DNA of 64,000 nt from Acanthaster planci (lineage: Eukaryota): positions 1,086,529-1,150,528 of the forward strand of contig NW_019091360.1 in NCBI RefSeq assembly GCF_001949145.1, written 5' to 3'. Shown here one piece after another: positions 15,588 through 30,060 of this stretch. Position 1 is the first letter of the stretch, and each line of letters begins with the position of its first letter. A model generated the notes under the pieces. It saw only the letters and a list, made by a program, of their open reading frames with translations, searched no databases and was not told where the DNA came from. Position numbers and translations under genes: made by a program.

Positions 15588-15822
15588 TTAATAATAACAA
15601 GCACCTGTAGAACGCCATCTATCTAGCAAACCATTCCGAGGCGCTGTATCATCATTATCCCTGCACATTGGGCTCACACATCATCTGAACATTCCTGAAA
15701 CCATCTCAGCTCCCTGGGGCGTATACTAACCCGGTGCTGCCATTTTGGTGCAAACGGCTAAACTACCATATCTGCCCTCACAGGTACCCATTTACTCCTG
15801 GGTGGAGAGAGGCACAAAGTTA
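15588..15822 (-). mobile_element. SINE family B copy (5'-truncated)
   Basis: Reverse complement contains cctctctccacccaggagtaaatgggtacc and ccccagggagctgagatggtttcaggaatgttcagatg, both shared with 52483-52745. Confidence 0.7.
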
Positions 15823-17695
15823 AGACGCCGTCTGCCATCTTGAAAGTACATGGAGGTCAATCTTATCTAAAGGAAATGGCATAAAATGTTGGCTAAGCGT
15901 TTGCAAATACAGCAATACATGCAAGCAGGAATGAAGCCGATAAATCCACTAAGTTATGGCCATCCACATCAATAAAAGATAGCAAATAGATGAACCCTAA
16001 CAGTCCCAGATTCTCCAATTTCAATACGCCCGAGGGGTAAGGGTTAAAGATGGCTTCCAGGAAACAATATCAAGAGACTAGGACAACTTGATGAACAAAA
16101 TGCTGATAAACCGCACACAATTGGTGAATAATCAAACTATGTCCATGCAAATAAAGAGCATTATAAATAAAAAACAAATTGTTACATGTACCAGATGAAG
16201 ATGATGAATGCGTCCATTAGAGTCTTGGTCTGACGACAGCTTAAAAATACAGCACAAAACGAAGGCTCGCAAGCTGCGCCATACATGATTGAAATGTTAA
16301 AGGACACGGAAGAGGAACTTCTCTAATATGTAGATAAAACATTCATATTAATGATATATAGCATGGCACTAAACATGACATGGGGGAGGGGAAGATTTTT
16401 ATGCTCATCACATAAGAATAAATAAGTACCCCACATTACAAAGGAAGGAAGAAGCAGTGCATTAAGTATGGCTATGGAGAGAATGGTGGAGTGCGTGTGC
16501 ATTCATGTACCCCATAAATCCCACGGTACATGTGCTGTACATGTGCATGTACATGCATATTCATGTAATACATGTACATGTAGTACACACATGTTCATTC
16601 ATGGAATAGGATTGCTCATGGGAATATTTGTCCTCCAATTCATTTATTCAAGGTATCTGTTTCAAATCTTTTCGTACAGGTAACTGCTCATGCCAGCACA
16701 TTTCCATTCACTGCTGGACTCACTGATTGAATACAGAGAGCTCCTTTTTTGTAGGTTTCCATGGCAACCTGTGCGCCATTGGCAAGATGGGGGAAAATGT
16801 GGAAGCCAATCTGTTGCTGGCATAGTACATGTACTTGTTGGCAGAGTGTTTGTTCTACAAAGGCCTGAGGATAACAGGCCTCATGAATGAACAGCACTGA
16901 TGATGAAAGAAAAATAAAAAAGGGGCGTGCTTGTTTGTGTGACTGGACAGCTTCGATTGGCTATTTGTTACCTATGTTAGCATTCAGGAGAAGTAAAGTG
17001 AGTTGAGAGTCTTGCAAGAATGACATTAGTAAGAGTTATCATTATATGTGTTTGTATTTAGAATTTAACCAGCCGTCTTTATTTGCCTTGGGATAAAGGG
17101 AAGAATTTAGGCTGTGGCTTATGCGGGCCATTCTATAAATGTTTGGTCCAATGTGTGACATTAAAAAAAGACATTAATTTTTTTTTCTTCTTTGATTGTC
17201 AGGGTAGTCTGTTTTTAAGAATTTTATGATTTGGATTGGGAAACTCTTTTTAATCAGTGGATATTAGAGAGGGAGAAAAGCATCTGTGGATTTTGTAGCT
17301 AGAGCTAATTTGTCTCTTCTCCACTGGAAGGAGTCTGAAATTTCTAATGCAAGTGTAAAAAAAGTAAGAGCCACACAAAAGATTCTGGTTGTGTGCAAAG
17401 GTTTCTTCAATTAAGGCCATGTTCAACCAGCACTGACAGGGTCATGCACTAGACCTTGTCATCGTCTTCTGGCATTACCACTGTTCCTATATAGTTACTC
17501 TAATGCATGTATTATGATTGTGTCATGTGACTACATGCATGTGATGGAGTGTGAAGAACTGGGTAAAATTTCATTGTCATACTTAAACAGTTAGCAAGAA
17601 AGTCATGCTTACTATAGGATAAAATTTGCCAACTGTAAGCACAATGGTTGCAAGCGTACAGAGATTTCTAATGTTTTGTCAATTTGTCCCTCTGA

Positions 17696-18000
17696 GGGGA
17701 GTCAGGTTGGCGTAATGGTTCTTTCCCAATTCCTCACCTTCCACCTCTGCGGTCGGGGTTTGATTCACCGGCTCGGTCCACATGTGGATTGGGTTTTCAG
17801 TCCCTACGTGATTCCGTGGGTTTAACCCAGAACAGTCCTCTGGGGTTTTCCTCCCTCCTCTAAAACTGTGACGGCTTCTCACTGTCTCCTCTCTACAGGT
17901 TTCTTCAGGCTTAAGAGCCACAGTGCCAAGGGTGCTTTTGAGGAATCCTTGTGGTCATTACCAGAAATAAATAAATAAATAATAATAATAGTAATAAATC
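17696..18000 (+). mobile_element. tRNA-derived SINE family A, near full length
   Basis: Box A tggcgtaatgg (17708-17718), box B-like ggtttgattca, core cacatgtggattgggttttcagtccctac, (TAAA)/(TAA) tail; homologous copies at 46886-47043 and 58494-58655. Confidence 0.75.
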
Positions 18001-18048
18001 ATAATAGTAAGTGTGCCCTTTGCTGTGCTGACTGCTGACAATCTCTAA

Positions 18049-18345
<297 letters not shown>

Positions 18346-19323
18346 TGACGTGTGATGCTGTTTGCTTGGATGAGGCTGAAAGTGCTTCATAAAGCCTCCT
18401 TTCTTTATGGTTGTAATGATTGCCGACAGCACTTAGGATTTCAAGACACAATCACAGAAGTGACTGTGTGTGACATCATTCTACAAAAAAAAAGAAGGAA
18501 AAACACAGTTGCATCTGAAACTCTATACATAATACTAGTTTTGCTGTAAATGTCATTTTTTGGTGGTTTTACCATTTCTTGAAGATAAACTGGTATGACT
18601 TTTACAGTGTATGTACGTCATTTAGGGTAAGCTGTTTTGTTGATAAGTGGAGTTTCATCTCTTAATCATTCAGAGCAAGCGGGCCAAATGCACGGTTCAT
18701 GGGCAAGAGGGACATCTTTGTCGTTCATGACAACATGCATTTATTTATGGGCCTACTCTGGGGACTTGTTGTAGTCCGTTGGCAAAATTGGTCCAACCTT
18801 GACAACTGTCTGTGTCCACGTGGGTGTCAGTTGCGATCAAGCCTCTCTGTATGATTGTTTATCATGGGGGGGGGACTTTTCGGCAGTGCTGTCTGCACCT
18901 CTTTACATTGCCATGGAAACCAGGCTTAAGCCGCGCTTTAATGATGTGGCATTGTAGAGATTCTTCTTGACACGATCGTCAAGGGACATCTGAGAAGTCA
19001 GAATATTCTTTTTCTTGCTGGAACACTCCAGTTGGGAACACTGCGAGGTGTCTTTGGAATTCACTATATACCTGATTAGGAACAGGCCATTCCCAAGTAA
19101 TGTGTGCAGGGTCATTGACCTCTTCCTCTGTTCTCATTGGGGGACACACACAGTTCCCAGAAGGAACAGCAGGTGTTCCTGTGTGGAATATGTCATATTC
19201 TCATTGAAATGTTCTCCAGTGTTCTTCTTTTTAGACACTCCCTAAATGCATAATGATCCTTCCATACATCATCCTTTGCTTGTCATCCAGTCATTTTTCA
19301 GTACTCTTACGAGCTTGCAGACT

Positions 19324-19371
19324 AAGCTCCAAGAAATCCCAGGATCCAAGCTCCAAGAAATCCCAGGATCC
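19324..19371 (+). repeat. Perfect 24-bp tandem duplication
   Basis: aagctccaagaaatcccaggatcc x2. Confidence 0.9.
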
Positions 19372-21008
19372 CTCAGTCCTTCAAGTGGTGGTCCTGTAGA
19401 GTTGTTGGACAGCGTTGGGATAAACCGTGTTTGAAACTTGAAAAAATTCTGCATATACATGTATGCATACATGTACATGTACTTGTACTTTTGAAAAACA
19501 CAGTGTGCCTTCCAATGAGTGCATGAAAACATGTGTATTGTCCAGTTAAACCTCAATTGTGGCATGCCTCTGTCTTGAATACTGGTTTTTCATCGGCCCA
19601 GAAGGATCACATGACAGGGGGACAAAGCCGCATGTCACACTCGCTGTTAAACAGCACATTAGCCAGCGTTGTGTAATATCAGGTGCATGCATGTGCGTGC
19701 CCCTGCAGTGCACAGGATCATGCAAGCACAACTAATCCCTGCTGTTAAAAGATTTCTTTGTTGCCCTTAATTTCCCTCAGAAAACAAGTGAAAAATAAGA
19801 CAAAACGATTCTTGACTGCTGTGATGTGGGATATGACGTTTTGGACACTCCCGGGGATGCGTAGGGCTCTCAACTTCGCCTCAGCTGCTATACGTCCCTC
19901 ATGTTTTCAAAACATCTCTCACACCACAATAGTCCATGATTGATAAATGTTAACCAGCATGTGACAATATGTGTAACTTTGATACCTCAACATGGTTTTA
20001 AAGAGGACACTCTTGACTTGATGAGGTTTAGATTTCATCTAATTTGCTTGTGGTGATCTGGAGATACGCTTCAGTAAACACCTGCACTCAGAACTGACTT
20101 GGTACCTCTTTCAGCAACAAAGAGGGTAATTATTCCTCTGTTTTGGTGCTTAGCACTGTCAGCATCTCCATTTGAAATCATTTGTCAGGGTGAAATTAGT
20201 CTTGGGGAAGGTGTTGGGTTTCCCTTTTTTGACACAGTCAACCTGTTGATTATTAAAAAATCCCAAAACAGTGCCTGTATAGCATTATAATAACCTGCTG
20301 ACCTGTGCCTTGTCCATGTGTTATGTTGTGTGCCTATATATTCACAGTGTGGCTACAAAAAGACCAGTCTGTAATGGGCCATTGTTATGACCAAATAATT
20401 TTTCCCAAGTCATGTCACAAGTCAACTTTCTCCAAGTCAAGTCGTTTTCCTAAGTCAATTGTTGATAATTATATGGGGGAATAGTTTGTACCAGCCATTT
20501 AAAGAAGTTTCTTCCATTATGCTGTCAGATCATGTACACATGTGGAGTATCAAAAATAATCGCTGTGCTGAACCATGAATGATACAATGTCTAAGAATAC
20601 GCACGCCTCCAGATCACAGCTTGTGGGCCTGGCTGCACAATGCATGGACAACCAGGCAGCTTGCTTTCATGTTTGCAAGCCTACCGGTACATGAACAGAG
20701 TCGGTGTTGAACGGGCAAAAGTTTGTGTATTTTTAACAAATGTTTGTCACAAAGTCAAATTTAGTCAACTTGCAAGTCACGTTCTTTCAAGTCAAGTCCC
20801 AAGTCAATTTTTTGCGAATCAAATCAAGTAAAAATAAAATTGCGACTCAAGTCCGACGTCATCAACTTGAGTCAACAATACTGCTGTAACCCAATGGCTG
20901 GGTGTATGACGTACATGTACTGTACGTGTTTTTCTAGGCCGTTTGATGTGTGTATGACGGTACTATTGTCGGTACTGTGCTCGTGGCTTGTTCGGTGGTT
21001 TGTCATAG

Positions 21009-21442
21009 CAGTGTTGTAATGCATCACTAAATTTGGTGACTCGAGTCGATTGAGTCATTTTAACATTGTGACTCGAGTCGAGTCGTCATTAGGTCAAGAG
21101 GTCGAGCAGAGTGGAAATGAGTCACTTTGTGTAGTCGAGTCAGGTACCGAGCTTGAATCAATTTGAGTCACAAATTTTTAAACAAAATACAATAAAAACA
21201 CAACTACTTGTAAGTCATTTGTTGGTATTTTTATTTTAATGTAGACACACTGAAAATAAATTAGAGTGACAGGTATCTAGCCAACTAAAATTTTGCTTTA
21301 AATGTTTTTGAGACTTGAGCCTTGTAAGCTTGTTCAAGTCTCTGTGAGAGATTTGAGTCAAGTTGTTTGGTTGCAGGGACCTGAGTTGAGTCGCCAAAAA
21401 TTGTGCCTTGAGTCGGACTCGAGTCGAGTCATTACAACTCTG
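21009..21442. mobile_element. Non-autonomous hAT-like MITE with GAGTC/GACTC subterminal repeats
   Basis: TIRs CAGTGTTGTAATG / CATTACAACTCTG; 8-bp flanks tgtcatag / tgccatag (one mismatch), consistent with a target-site duplication. Confidence 0.75.
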
Positions 21443-21617
21443 TGCCATAGTACCTTATGGGGATTGGTATGCTGTGACATTACATGCTGGTTCATTTGCC
21501 GAGGTTTATGTGGCTCTGTATATGGCCCAATGCTTTCCCTTGGACAAAAAGCTGCAGAGAGGCCGCCTTGGACAATACCCACTTCGTTATTTCATTTAGC
21601 TCTGGTGATTAGACTAG

Positions 21618-21890
<273 letters not shown>

Positions 21891-22498
21891 TAGGCTGCTT
21901 GATTGGTCATTGACTGGTGTGAATTTTTCTCTTTTTCGCAAACTGAAACACAAGTGCTGTGATTGGACACTTCATGACAACTACACAATGAACAATTTTG
22001 GTGTCCTGAACTGACACTGGGTTGTGTGTGCACACTGTAGAATAGTTCTTGGTTTTACAATTGAAATTTATAGCCACAAATGTGGTAGCCTGTTTAAGTT
22101 CAAGGTGTCGATGAGAGAGGTACATGTATTCATCTTTGGCTGACCTTTCTCAGAAAAATAATGGGCTTGTTGCTAGGATGGTATGTTTGATTTTCACCAA
22201 ATTAGCACCAAATGACTGCCACACATTACTGGAAAAACTTTTGAAGGCTCATGTGGTAAACTATGGACTATGTTGATATTGGAGAAAATATTGAAGGGAT
22301 TGGAGTAACAGATTCCAACCCCTCCCCCGGATCTTTTGGTTTAAAGGGTTGATTAGAAACTAGAACGGGATAGTTTACACATTGACTCCCACAGAACATG
22401 CAGCGTGTTGAAAATCATGAAACAGTTTGACAATGAGTTCTAAAAATAATTTCCCATCCTTTCCTTTTCCTCCTTCCCTCCTGCGTCTTCCATAACAG

Positions 22499-22596
22499 CT
22501 GACCCACTGGTGGGCACCATAGCAACTCAGTACCTCCAAAGTCGCGAGGATCACGACCGTTATGCCAAGAATTGGACCAAACGCTACGCGACATGA
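22499..22596 (+). CDS. UBE2E: UBE2E last coding exon
   Basis: Long polypyrimidine tract plus aacag; ADPLVG...WTKRYAT, TGA at 22594-22596. Confidence 0.95.
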
Positions 22597-24543
22597 TGCA
22601 AGGCACCACCTTTTGGGTGGCCACATTTGTCTGTAATCACTATTTGTTGGTCTTTTTTATTTTTGTTTGTCGCCCCACCTTGTCGTTATTATTTATGTTT
22701 ATTTTTGTACAGCACGATTGACAATTTCTCCCCAGCATACAGAGATGATCGGTGTCGCAGACCAGGTATAAGACCTTGGTGTCAGGGGTCAGACACTAGA
22801 TATGTTGTCTACAACCGGTGTGGCACTGTGGGTTAGAACAGCAGGTGTTCTTTGGTGAGGAACATGGTTGGTTAACGTTAACACAATGTAATAACACACT
22901 TGGACAATTTACGACTTCTTTCATATTACACGGGAATGTGCACAAACTCCATAACTTGTTTTATCTGTTGTGTTGGAACATGTACGTAGATGTACATGTG
23001 CATGTACATGTTCATGTTCATGTGTGTGTCGTCTTATTAGGTTGGCACAAAATTGCTAGCCCCAGCCTAGCTGACACTGTTCATGGATGACCAGATAAAA
23101 TATCAGTCAAATTTCATCCTTGAATGATTTGCAGAATTACTTGATTCTCTGAGAAATCAGAGATGTTTAAAATGTTTCTTTTCCCCTGAAGTGTAGACAG
23201 ATACTTGGTGCCATTCAATGAGAGAAGAAAGATTTGGCTTGAAATTGAGTAAATTAGTAGTTATGTGCAGTCATGCAATGCAGCACGCTTGGGTACGGTT
23301 GGTTTTTAAATCAAGGGTTTTTGGTTGTTTTTGGTTTTTGGCCAATCTTGCTGGGTATTTAGCCACCTGTGCCTTTTTACTGTTGCAAAGGTAGGTTTTG
23401 TATGTAGGTCGGTGCAAGTTCAGCTTCTATCTTCTCTTTCCAAATCTGCCGAGATCATCTTGATATTTTTACTGGTGTCACTGAAGATTTCAACATGTAG
23501 TGACTGCATATCAGGCTAGTTTTATGAATAACCCAGGATGTTTGCATACTGGCCACTTCACAAGTTACACATGCCAATATCCACCATATGTCAGTCTTAG
23601 TGGGGACAGTTTCAAATCAAAGATTTACAGTGTGACAGAATATGACTTCGGGCATTGCTTGTTGCCAGTAATACAGTGTACCTCATGAATATCCATTAGA
23701 TTAGGATTGTGTTTATTGTATGGATTTGCTGTCAACATGTGGATGTGAATATTCATTGGAGATTTGAGGCCTTGCATTGGTTAGTTACGCTCAGGCATGA
23801 TGGATATTGTGGGAGTAAAATATCCCATAACTATCACTGAAGTATTACATTGTTCACAGATACGCACATACACCCTGGGTTCATCGGTGTACCCATGTTT
23901 CCAAATAGTTGCCTCTTTTATCCATGTGCTTTGTGAAGAATTCTTTGATGAAGTGGGATACGGAAATTCGACAAGAATATGCTGAAAACTGTTTTATGAC
24001 AGTGGAAATTGCTGGAGTGAACATATCCTCTGAGATGAAAAATGATCTCTTTTCTGGTTAGTAATATCATAACAACATTCAAATATAAAGCCTAAATTGA
24101 CTCCAAATGTTCGCTGATCAACATACCGCATGAAATGGACATCTGATGAATATACATGCACATCTTTTTCTGTTGTTGCAAAACATCTGAAATGCCACAT
24201 GCTTTATACATGCATGCCAACCTGTGACATAAGGATTCTCTATAGAGCAGAAATGTAGGTTGGTTTGTTTATAGTTCAGGCATTGTACGGTATCCACTTG
24301 GATAATGTGCGGTTCATACACATTGGCAGACAGCAAAATTGGATCTGCAGAATTTGTTGTGATTCAGATTCTGACAGCTTTGATTAGTAGAACCGAACCT
24401 TCTGCTAACCACACAAATATACTGCTAGAGCAAACAACCAGTGACATGCCTGGTTATGCAGTGTACACTGCTTACATACATGTAGTAACCGGTTCCCTGG
24501 TAATTTTTACTAAGCACATTTGTTTTAGTTAGCAAGAATTTTG

Positions 24544-24726
24544 CAGAGTTGGTATTAAGTCAGAAGTCAGTCCACGAGTCAAGTCCTTGAAGTCTGTCAT
24601 ATCATGTCAGAACTAAAAAGATGAACAGTGAGAAAGGAACACCTTTGTTACAGTTGTGAGTTGACCGAATGACTTGTGACTGGACTGACTTGTGGTGTCT
24701 TTGCCTCCGACTCAATTACCAGTCTG
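24544..24726. mobile_element. Degenerate hAT-like MITE (AAGTC/GACTT subterminal motifs) in putative UBE2E 3' UTR
   Basis: Ends CAGAGTTGGTATT ... AATTACCAGTCTG; aagtc motifs on the left, gactt/gactc on the right. Confidence 0.55.
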
Positions 24727-27700
24727 GCAATTTGTGCTTTTGAAATTTGCCTCTGGTCTGTAGATTTGAACTGATTATCTGCTGAGTGTTGTATGGCCAA
24801 ATGATTGCATGAGGATGTTGGATAAAGCTGTCGAAGGTTTGCATGAGAGGCCTTGACATACACGGCTTCATTCTGTGTTTGTTTGGACACCAACCATATT
24901 CCTCAACAAAAGGCATTATCTTTCATCATTCCAGAAGAAAAATTACTTTGCTTTACTTGTCCCCATTCATCTTTGTAGTGCTGGTGAGAATTGTACGTTT
25001 GCCCTTGTTTGTTTGTGAAAATATGATTCGTCAAACAAGTCATTTTGAAATTTTGAATTCTCCAATTTTTTGTGTTTTTGTTTCATTACAAACTGTGGTG
25101 TTAAAAGCTAGATGTGTATTTACCTTATGTACATAAACCACATAGAATCAATAATATGTAGTGTACTAGAAAGTAGTGATGTGATTAAGCACATGTAGAT
25201 CACATATGCACAATTTCCATGGTTTCCGTAACAAGACAGGACTTAGAAATGTATAATTGTTTGGTTTTGATTTTTTTTTGGGTTAAAAAGTCACTTTAGA
25301 CAGAGAAGTGTCATTTTTTGATGGGAGAGAGTACAATTTCACTTGTAGTGTCATTAGTGGAGAGATTTGTATCATGTTAGAGACTAGGCAAACATCAAGC
25401 AGTGTCCCCGACGGCAGTTTCTTCTTTTTATGGATGAGGATTGAATCCCTCGCACTGTGCTGTTTGTGATTGCGATCACTGCAGCGGCTACAAGCAGCAC
25501 GTCTTGCACTGCACTGGCGGAAACAGGTGAAATGTTGACGCAAGGCATAGCATTTCACATAACATAGGCGGTGTCAGTTTCAGCACGTAGACGGATACAC
25601 GTCTCAGAGTTACATACGTTGGGTGAAATCCCCTACCTGTCTGCACTTGACATTGTTGGCACCTCCACATAATGTTAGTGTGCGGGTCAGTTCCCCCCGG
25701 TTTTAAGCTAAGGTTTGGATGTGGCATGTCAGTGTCATTTTGTGAGATCTTTATTTCTTCAGCAGGTTCTTTCAGTTTTAATGTTTGGGACTTCTCCCCA
25801 ATGACAACAAATTGATCTTTTTTTTTTTAATGTATAAGACTGCATGTGCACTTGTGGCTGGCGACACTGAATCAGGTTGAAAATGTCAAAATGACAGTTT
25901 TTATGAGTTGTGTAATAGTATCTAATATTGTATACATGTATTGATTTTGGTCACCTACAGCCTCGTTGAGGCTTCACAGAAAGTATACAGCACCTGTTTA
26001 GTTTCGTTTGGTCAGGATTTTTAACACCTTGAGCCTCCTTCTAAGACTGAAAATAATAGTCAAGGTTGCTGTATGTGATGCCAGCATTGGTCAAGTGGAC
26101 AGTCTGACAAGTTGGGAGTAGTTCATGGCTCAGATGCCCGGAAGATTAAGTCCCATCTGCTTAAGATGAAGACAGCTCACAGAAGTTCTTCTCAATGCAC
26201 ATTTCATATAAGTTTGTTCCTAGAGTCAGAGTCTACAGGGTGCACAACACTTCTCTTTGCCTTCCAACTTCCAGCCGTCATTGGCCCAAATGATAATATT
26301 TACTCAGGGTCCCCAGTGCTAGAGGAAGATCGTCAACCTTTTCATCGCCACACAAGACGGCAAAAATCCAATCTCAAGATTTGTAGCCCCCTGAAGCTGC
26401 ATGGGCACTGCAAATCTTTTTTTATATCCTCTGCAGAAAAATGCATTGGAGATTTGATATTATTCCTGGATTATGATTCTCATAACACAAGGCCTCTCTG
26501 TCCTGCAGGCAATATCGTATCAACCCGCCCTCCACTGTAGCGGACAGAGTAATGGTCACAATGAATATACAAGCACCCAGGGTTTTTCTACACGCATACA
26601 AATTCACTCCGTTTGATATGCGGATTTGTATGGAAAGCGGGACAAACTAATGCAAGGCAGGCTGAGCAGATGAATTTAATCAGAGGAGGATTGAGTCAAA
26701 TGTTTGAGGGGTTGGATTAAAGAGAGGATTCATGCATGGAGTTGGACTAAGAAGGTGACCGCATGCGCCAACCTAGTGACAACATGATGCTCTTTGAGAA
26801 AATGGTATTTACGTGGAATGATTCCAACCCTTTGAATGCATTTAATTGCCTGATGCTGTTGGTGTTTGTCACACTTGATGAAAAAATGTAATTACACACA
26901 CGTGTTCTTACTTCAGACTGTTGCAATTTCCACATTAAGTTCCATATAAGTGGGTTCGGTGTTTGGGAACACCCAAGTTAGTGGCATTCGTGCAGTACAC
27001 ATGGACACCTGAATCCCCACTACTGTCCTGTTGCCATGATGAGGTGTTCTCATCTCAATGCATTCACTCTGAAGCTTTGTACACATTGAGATGAAAGTTG
27101 GTCGGGCATACTCCATGCCAATTAACAAATGTGAACCAGTGTGTACATGGGATGTGCTTTTTCTTTAGCGTCCCTAGGTCAGTCAGTGTTGTCGAAGCTG
27201 TGTGAATTCCATACAGTGGGAAGGAATTTTTTTCTCAAAAAAACTAAATAAATACCTGGGAGAGACACATCTGAAGTTTATAACAAATAGAATGGAATAA
27301 ATTCAGTTGATTGAATAAACATGTATGACTGCTCTGTTGTGCAGTATACGGGGGACATGAAGTTTTAATGAGCTAAGGCAATATATTTGTGTTTGTGCCA
27401 GTATATCCGTGCACATGTAGGTTGACTGGCCAGGCTGTTGCCAAACAGTCTCTGATGCTTTGAGGGAGCATGCACTATGAGAAGGCTACGAATACATCCA
27501 AACTTTGTAACTACCCTACATTTAGATCACCTCAGCTCAAGTCGTACCATATCGCAGCAAGTTACAGGCTGTTTAAGGGAACTGTTGCTTGAACTCTCAT
27601 GATCTGACCCTTGACTTTACTTTTTGTAATTGACAAGGCTGACTGCTCAGCCATGGGATTGACCTGGGGGGGGATGCTAGCATAATTAGGTTTACCTCGT

Positions 27701-30060
27701 CAGAATGAAAAAAAACATTCAGATCTGACTAGTAAATGAATGGAAGTTCACTGGCACCGTTGGGGGGGAGGGAAGACAGGGTTTGGATTATCTGAAAGTG
27801 CATGTGATTGAAGCAGCCAGAGATGGCGATTGCTGTGGAATCTAGATGGAGGCTACTCAGCCCCAGAATCCAATCACATCTGGAATTTCCCCCTTAATCT
27901 TTGTGGGGAATACGTTGTACATCAGACTGTTTACTGTGGGTCTGGTTATGTCACTTGGATGGATGGGTTTGGATTGCATGTTGAGCCAGTTGATATCCTA
28001 TTGTGATACTGGGCATTAGACGTGAATGGGGAGCATCCTGTTAAAGGCACATCAACTAGTCCCCACCCCGCTTCCCTTTTGTTCATTTTGCATCCATTCG
28101 TACACACAGGGGAATTATGGCTCGAGTCATACTGGAACCATTTTTCCACAGTCCCATGCAATTTTTCCACAAGTCAAATCCCATCAAATCATTTTTCCTG
28201 AAGTCAAGCTCCATGTCTTTAGGGTACTTGACACCGTTTCTGACATCTTTATTGACGATGTGACCTGTGGTGTTTTGCATACCAGGTCTGATCCTGAAGT
28301 TGTTTTCGAGCATAATATGCTGACATTTTAAATACCCACAAGTCTGATGAAAACAGACAAGTTTGCTTACTTTTAGGTTGCAAGTCTTTGTTTCCCATTA
28401 CTGATAATACAAGGTAACTATTGTAACAAGATACATTCTTAAGTCTTTAGGACCTTGCCATCACGGTGTTCCACTGTATACCTTTTCTTAAATTAACAAT
28501 GCATTTTGACAAATGTTGGTTATGTCAGCAAACTGTCACAAATTACTTTCTCCAAGTCAAGTCACAAGTCATGCACACATCATGTTCCAAATTATCTTCT
28601 GTCCTTTGTATAAAAACTTCACACCTGTAAAGGGGTGGTTTTGGGGGGCTCTTGTCACTATTTTCTCGTTACCAAACCATTTCAAGAAATGGGCTTGCAC
28701 ACTATTTGTTGATCAGCTGTGCCGTGTGAATCATACACTGACGAAACATATACTTTCAAAGTCACTGTCCGAATGTAGAGAAGTAAAGATGTGCATTGAG
28801 TTGTCACATGTTGTATGCTACATGCGTACTGTCCCCCCTTTGACAAACAGTAATGCAACACCGGAGATGCATTAGATCATTTGAATCAGTTTCCCTGTGG
28901 TTGTGTATATCAAATTCTAAAGTAGTGTAGGCTTTTTAAATATATGTACAAAAATACCTAGAGACTATTTATAAAAACATTGGGGAAAAAAGGAAAAAAA
29001 AAAACAACAAAAATTGACAATAGTCTCGGACGTTTACCACGCAGTATTACTTCAATACAGTTACTCAGTAGTAAGTGCAGATGTAGTGAAAAAGGTTTGT
29101 AGTCCGAGAAGTGTAATAATAAAACTATTGAAATTGACATTCTGTCGTGGCGAGTCCTTTCAGTGGTTGCACTCGGATTACATGGCCCCCTTCTTAAAAC
29201 TCTGTTCAGAAGGCTATCAACATTTCCTAGATCTGTGTAAGTATTGTGCATGTTCCTGATGTCATGAATGCCCTTCGCAAGAGAACTTTGGACTTTCACA
29301 GGATTGTTTATCTTGTGTTTGTAGGGGGAGGAAAGTAAGACACTTGGTAAAAAAGCTGTAACAGATTTATTTTGTTACAACACCTTAAGTATCAATTTAC
29401 TTTTATTTAAAGTAAAACAGACAAAGTTGTGATAAATGAAGAATGTTCAAGGTTTTCACACGTTAATCTGAAAAATAAAATTGCTGACAGATGCATACAT
29501 AGCTTTCATAACTTGAAGTATGCTACAGAATGGTTTTCAAATCAAGAAATGTCCTCCATTTCAATTTTAACTAGTCTGTTATGGGAAAGTGTCAGATTTC
29601 AACAAATCCCATCACACATGTTCACTAACACACATGATGTTTCAGAATACATGTATCAGAGGGTGACAGAATTTATTGGTGAAAATGGGAATGTGTATAT
29701 CAAATTCTAAACTCTGCTTCAGGGGCAACTGAAAGTGGCCTAGATCTTTTTTTCCACTTTTCAAAAATAACGGTTGAGGTAGGACAGGCATTCCGCTGTC
29801 CCTTTCGGATCATTTGATAAATGAATCAAACAGTTCAATACTGTGCACATTTACAAATCCATTGTCTTTAATCAGCAAATCAGTAAGACATTCTATCACA
29901 GCTAGAAAGGTAGATTATACAAAATGCACAGGAATCCTTCAAAATACACACCCAATTTAAATATCTGTGCACTTGGACAAGACAGAAAGGAAAGTAATAA
30001 CTACCATCCTTTTTTGTAAATAATGTGCGCATCAGAGCTTGTGAAGATGTTTTATGTTCA

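Noticed and set aside
19246..19565. ORFs with repeated KLQEIPGS / DPGISWSL peptide
   Set aside because: Produced by a 24-bp intronic tandem duplication, not a protein repeat.
20390..21442. CRISPR-like appearance of spaced GAGTC/AAGTC repeats
   Set aside because: Eukaryotic intron, 5-bp motifs with irregular spacing, no cas genes; explained as MITE subterminal repeats.
27946..28331. ORF with MGFDLWKNCMGLWKN repeat
   Set aside because: Reflects short ttttccaca..cccat DNA repeats of a decayed element; no gene context.
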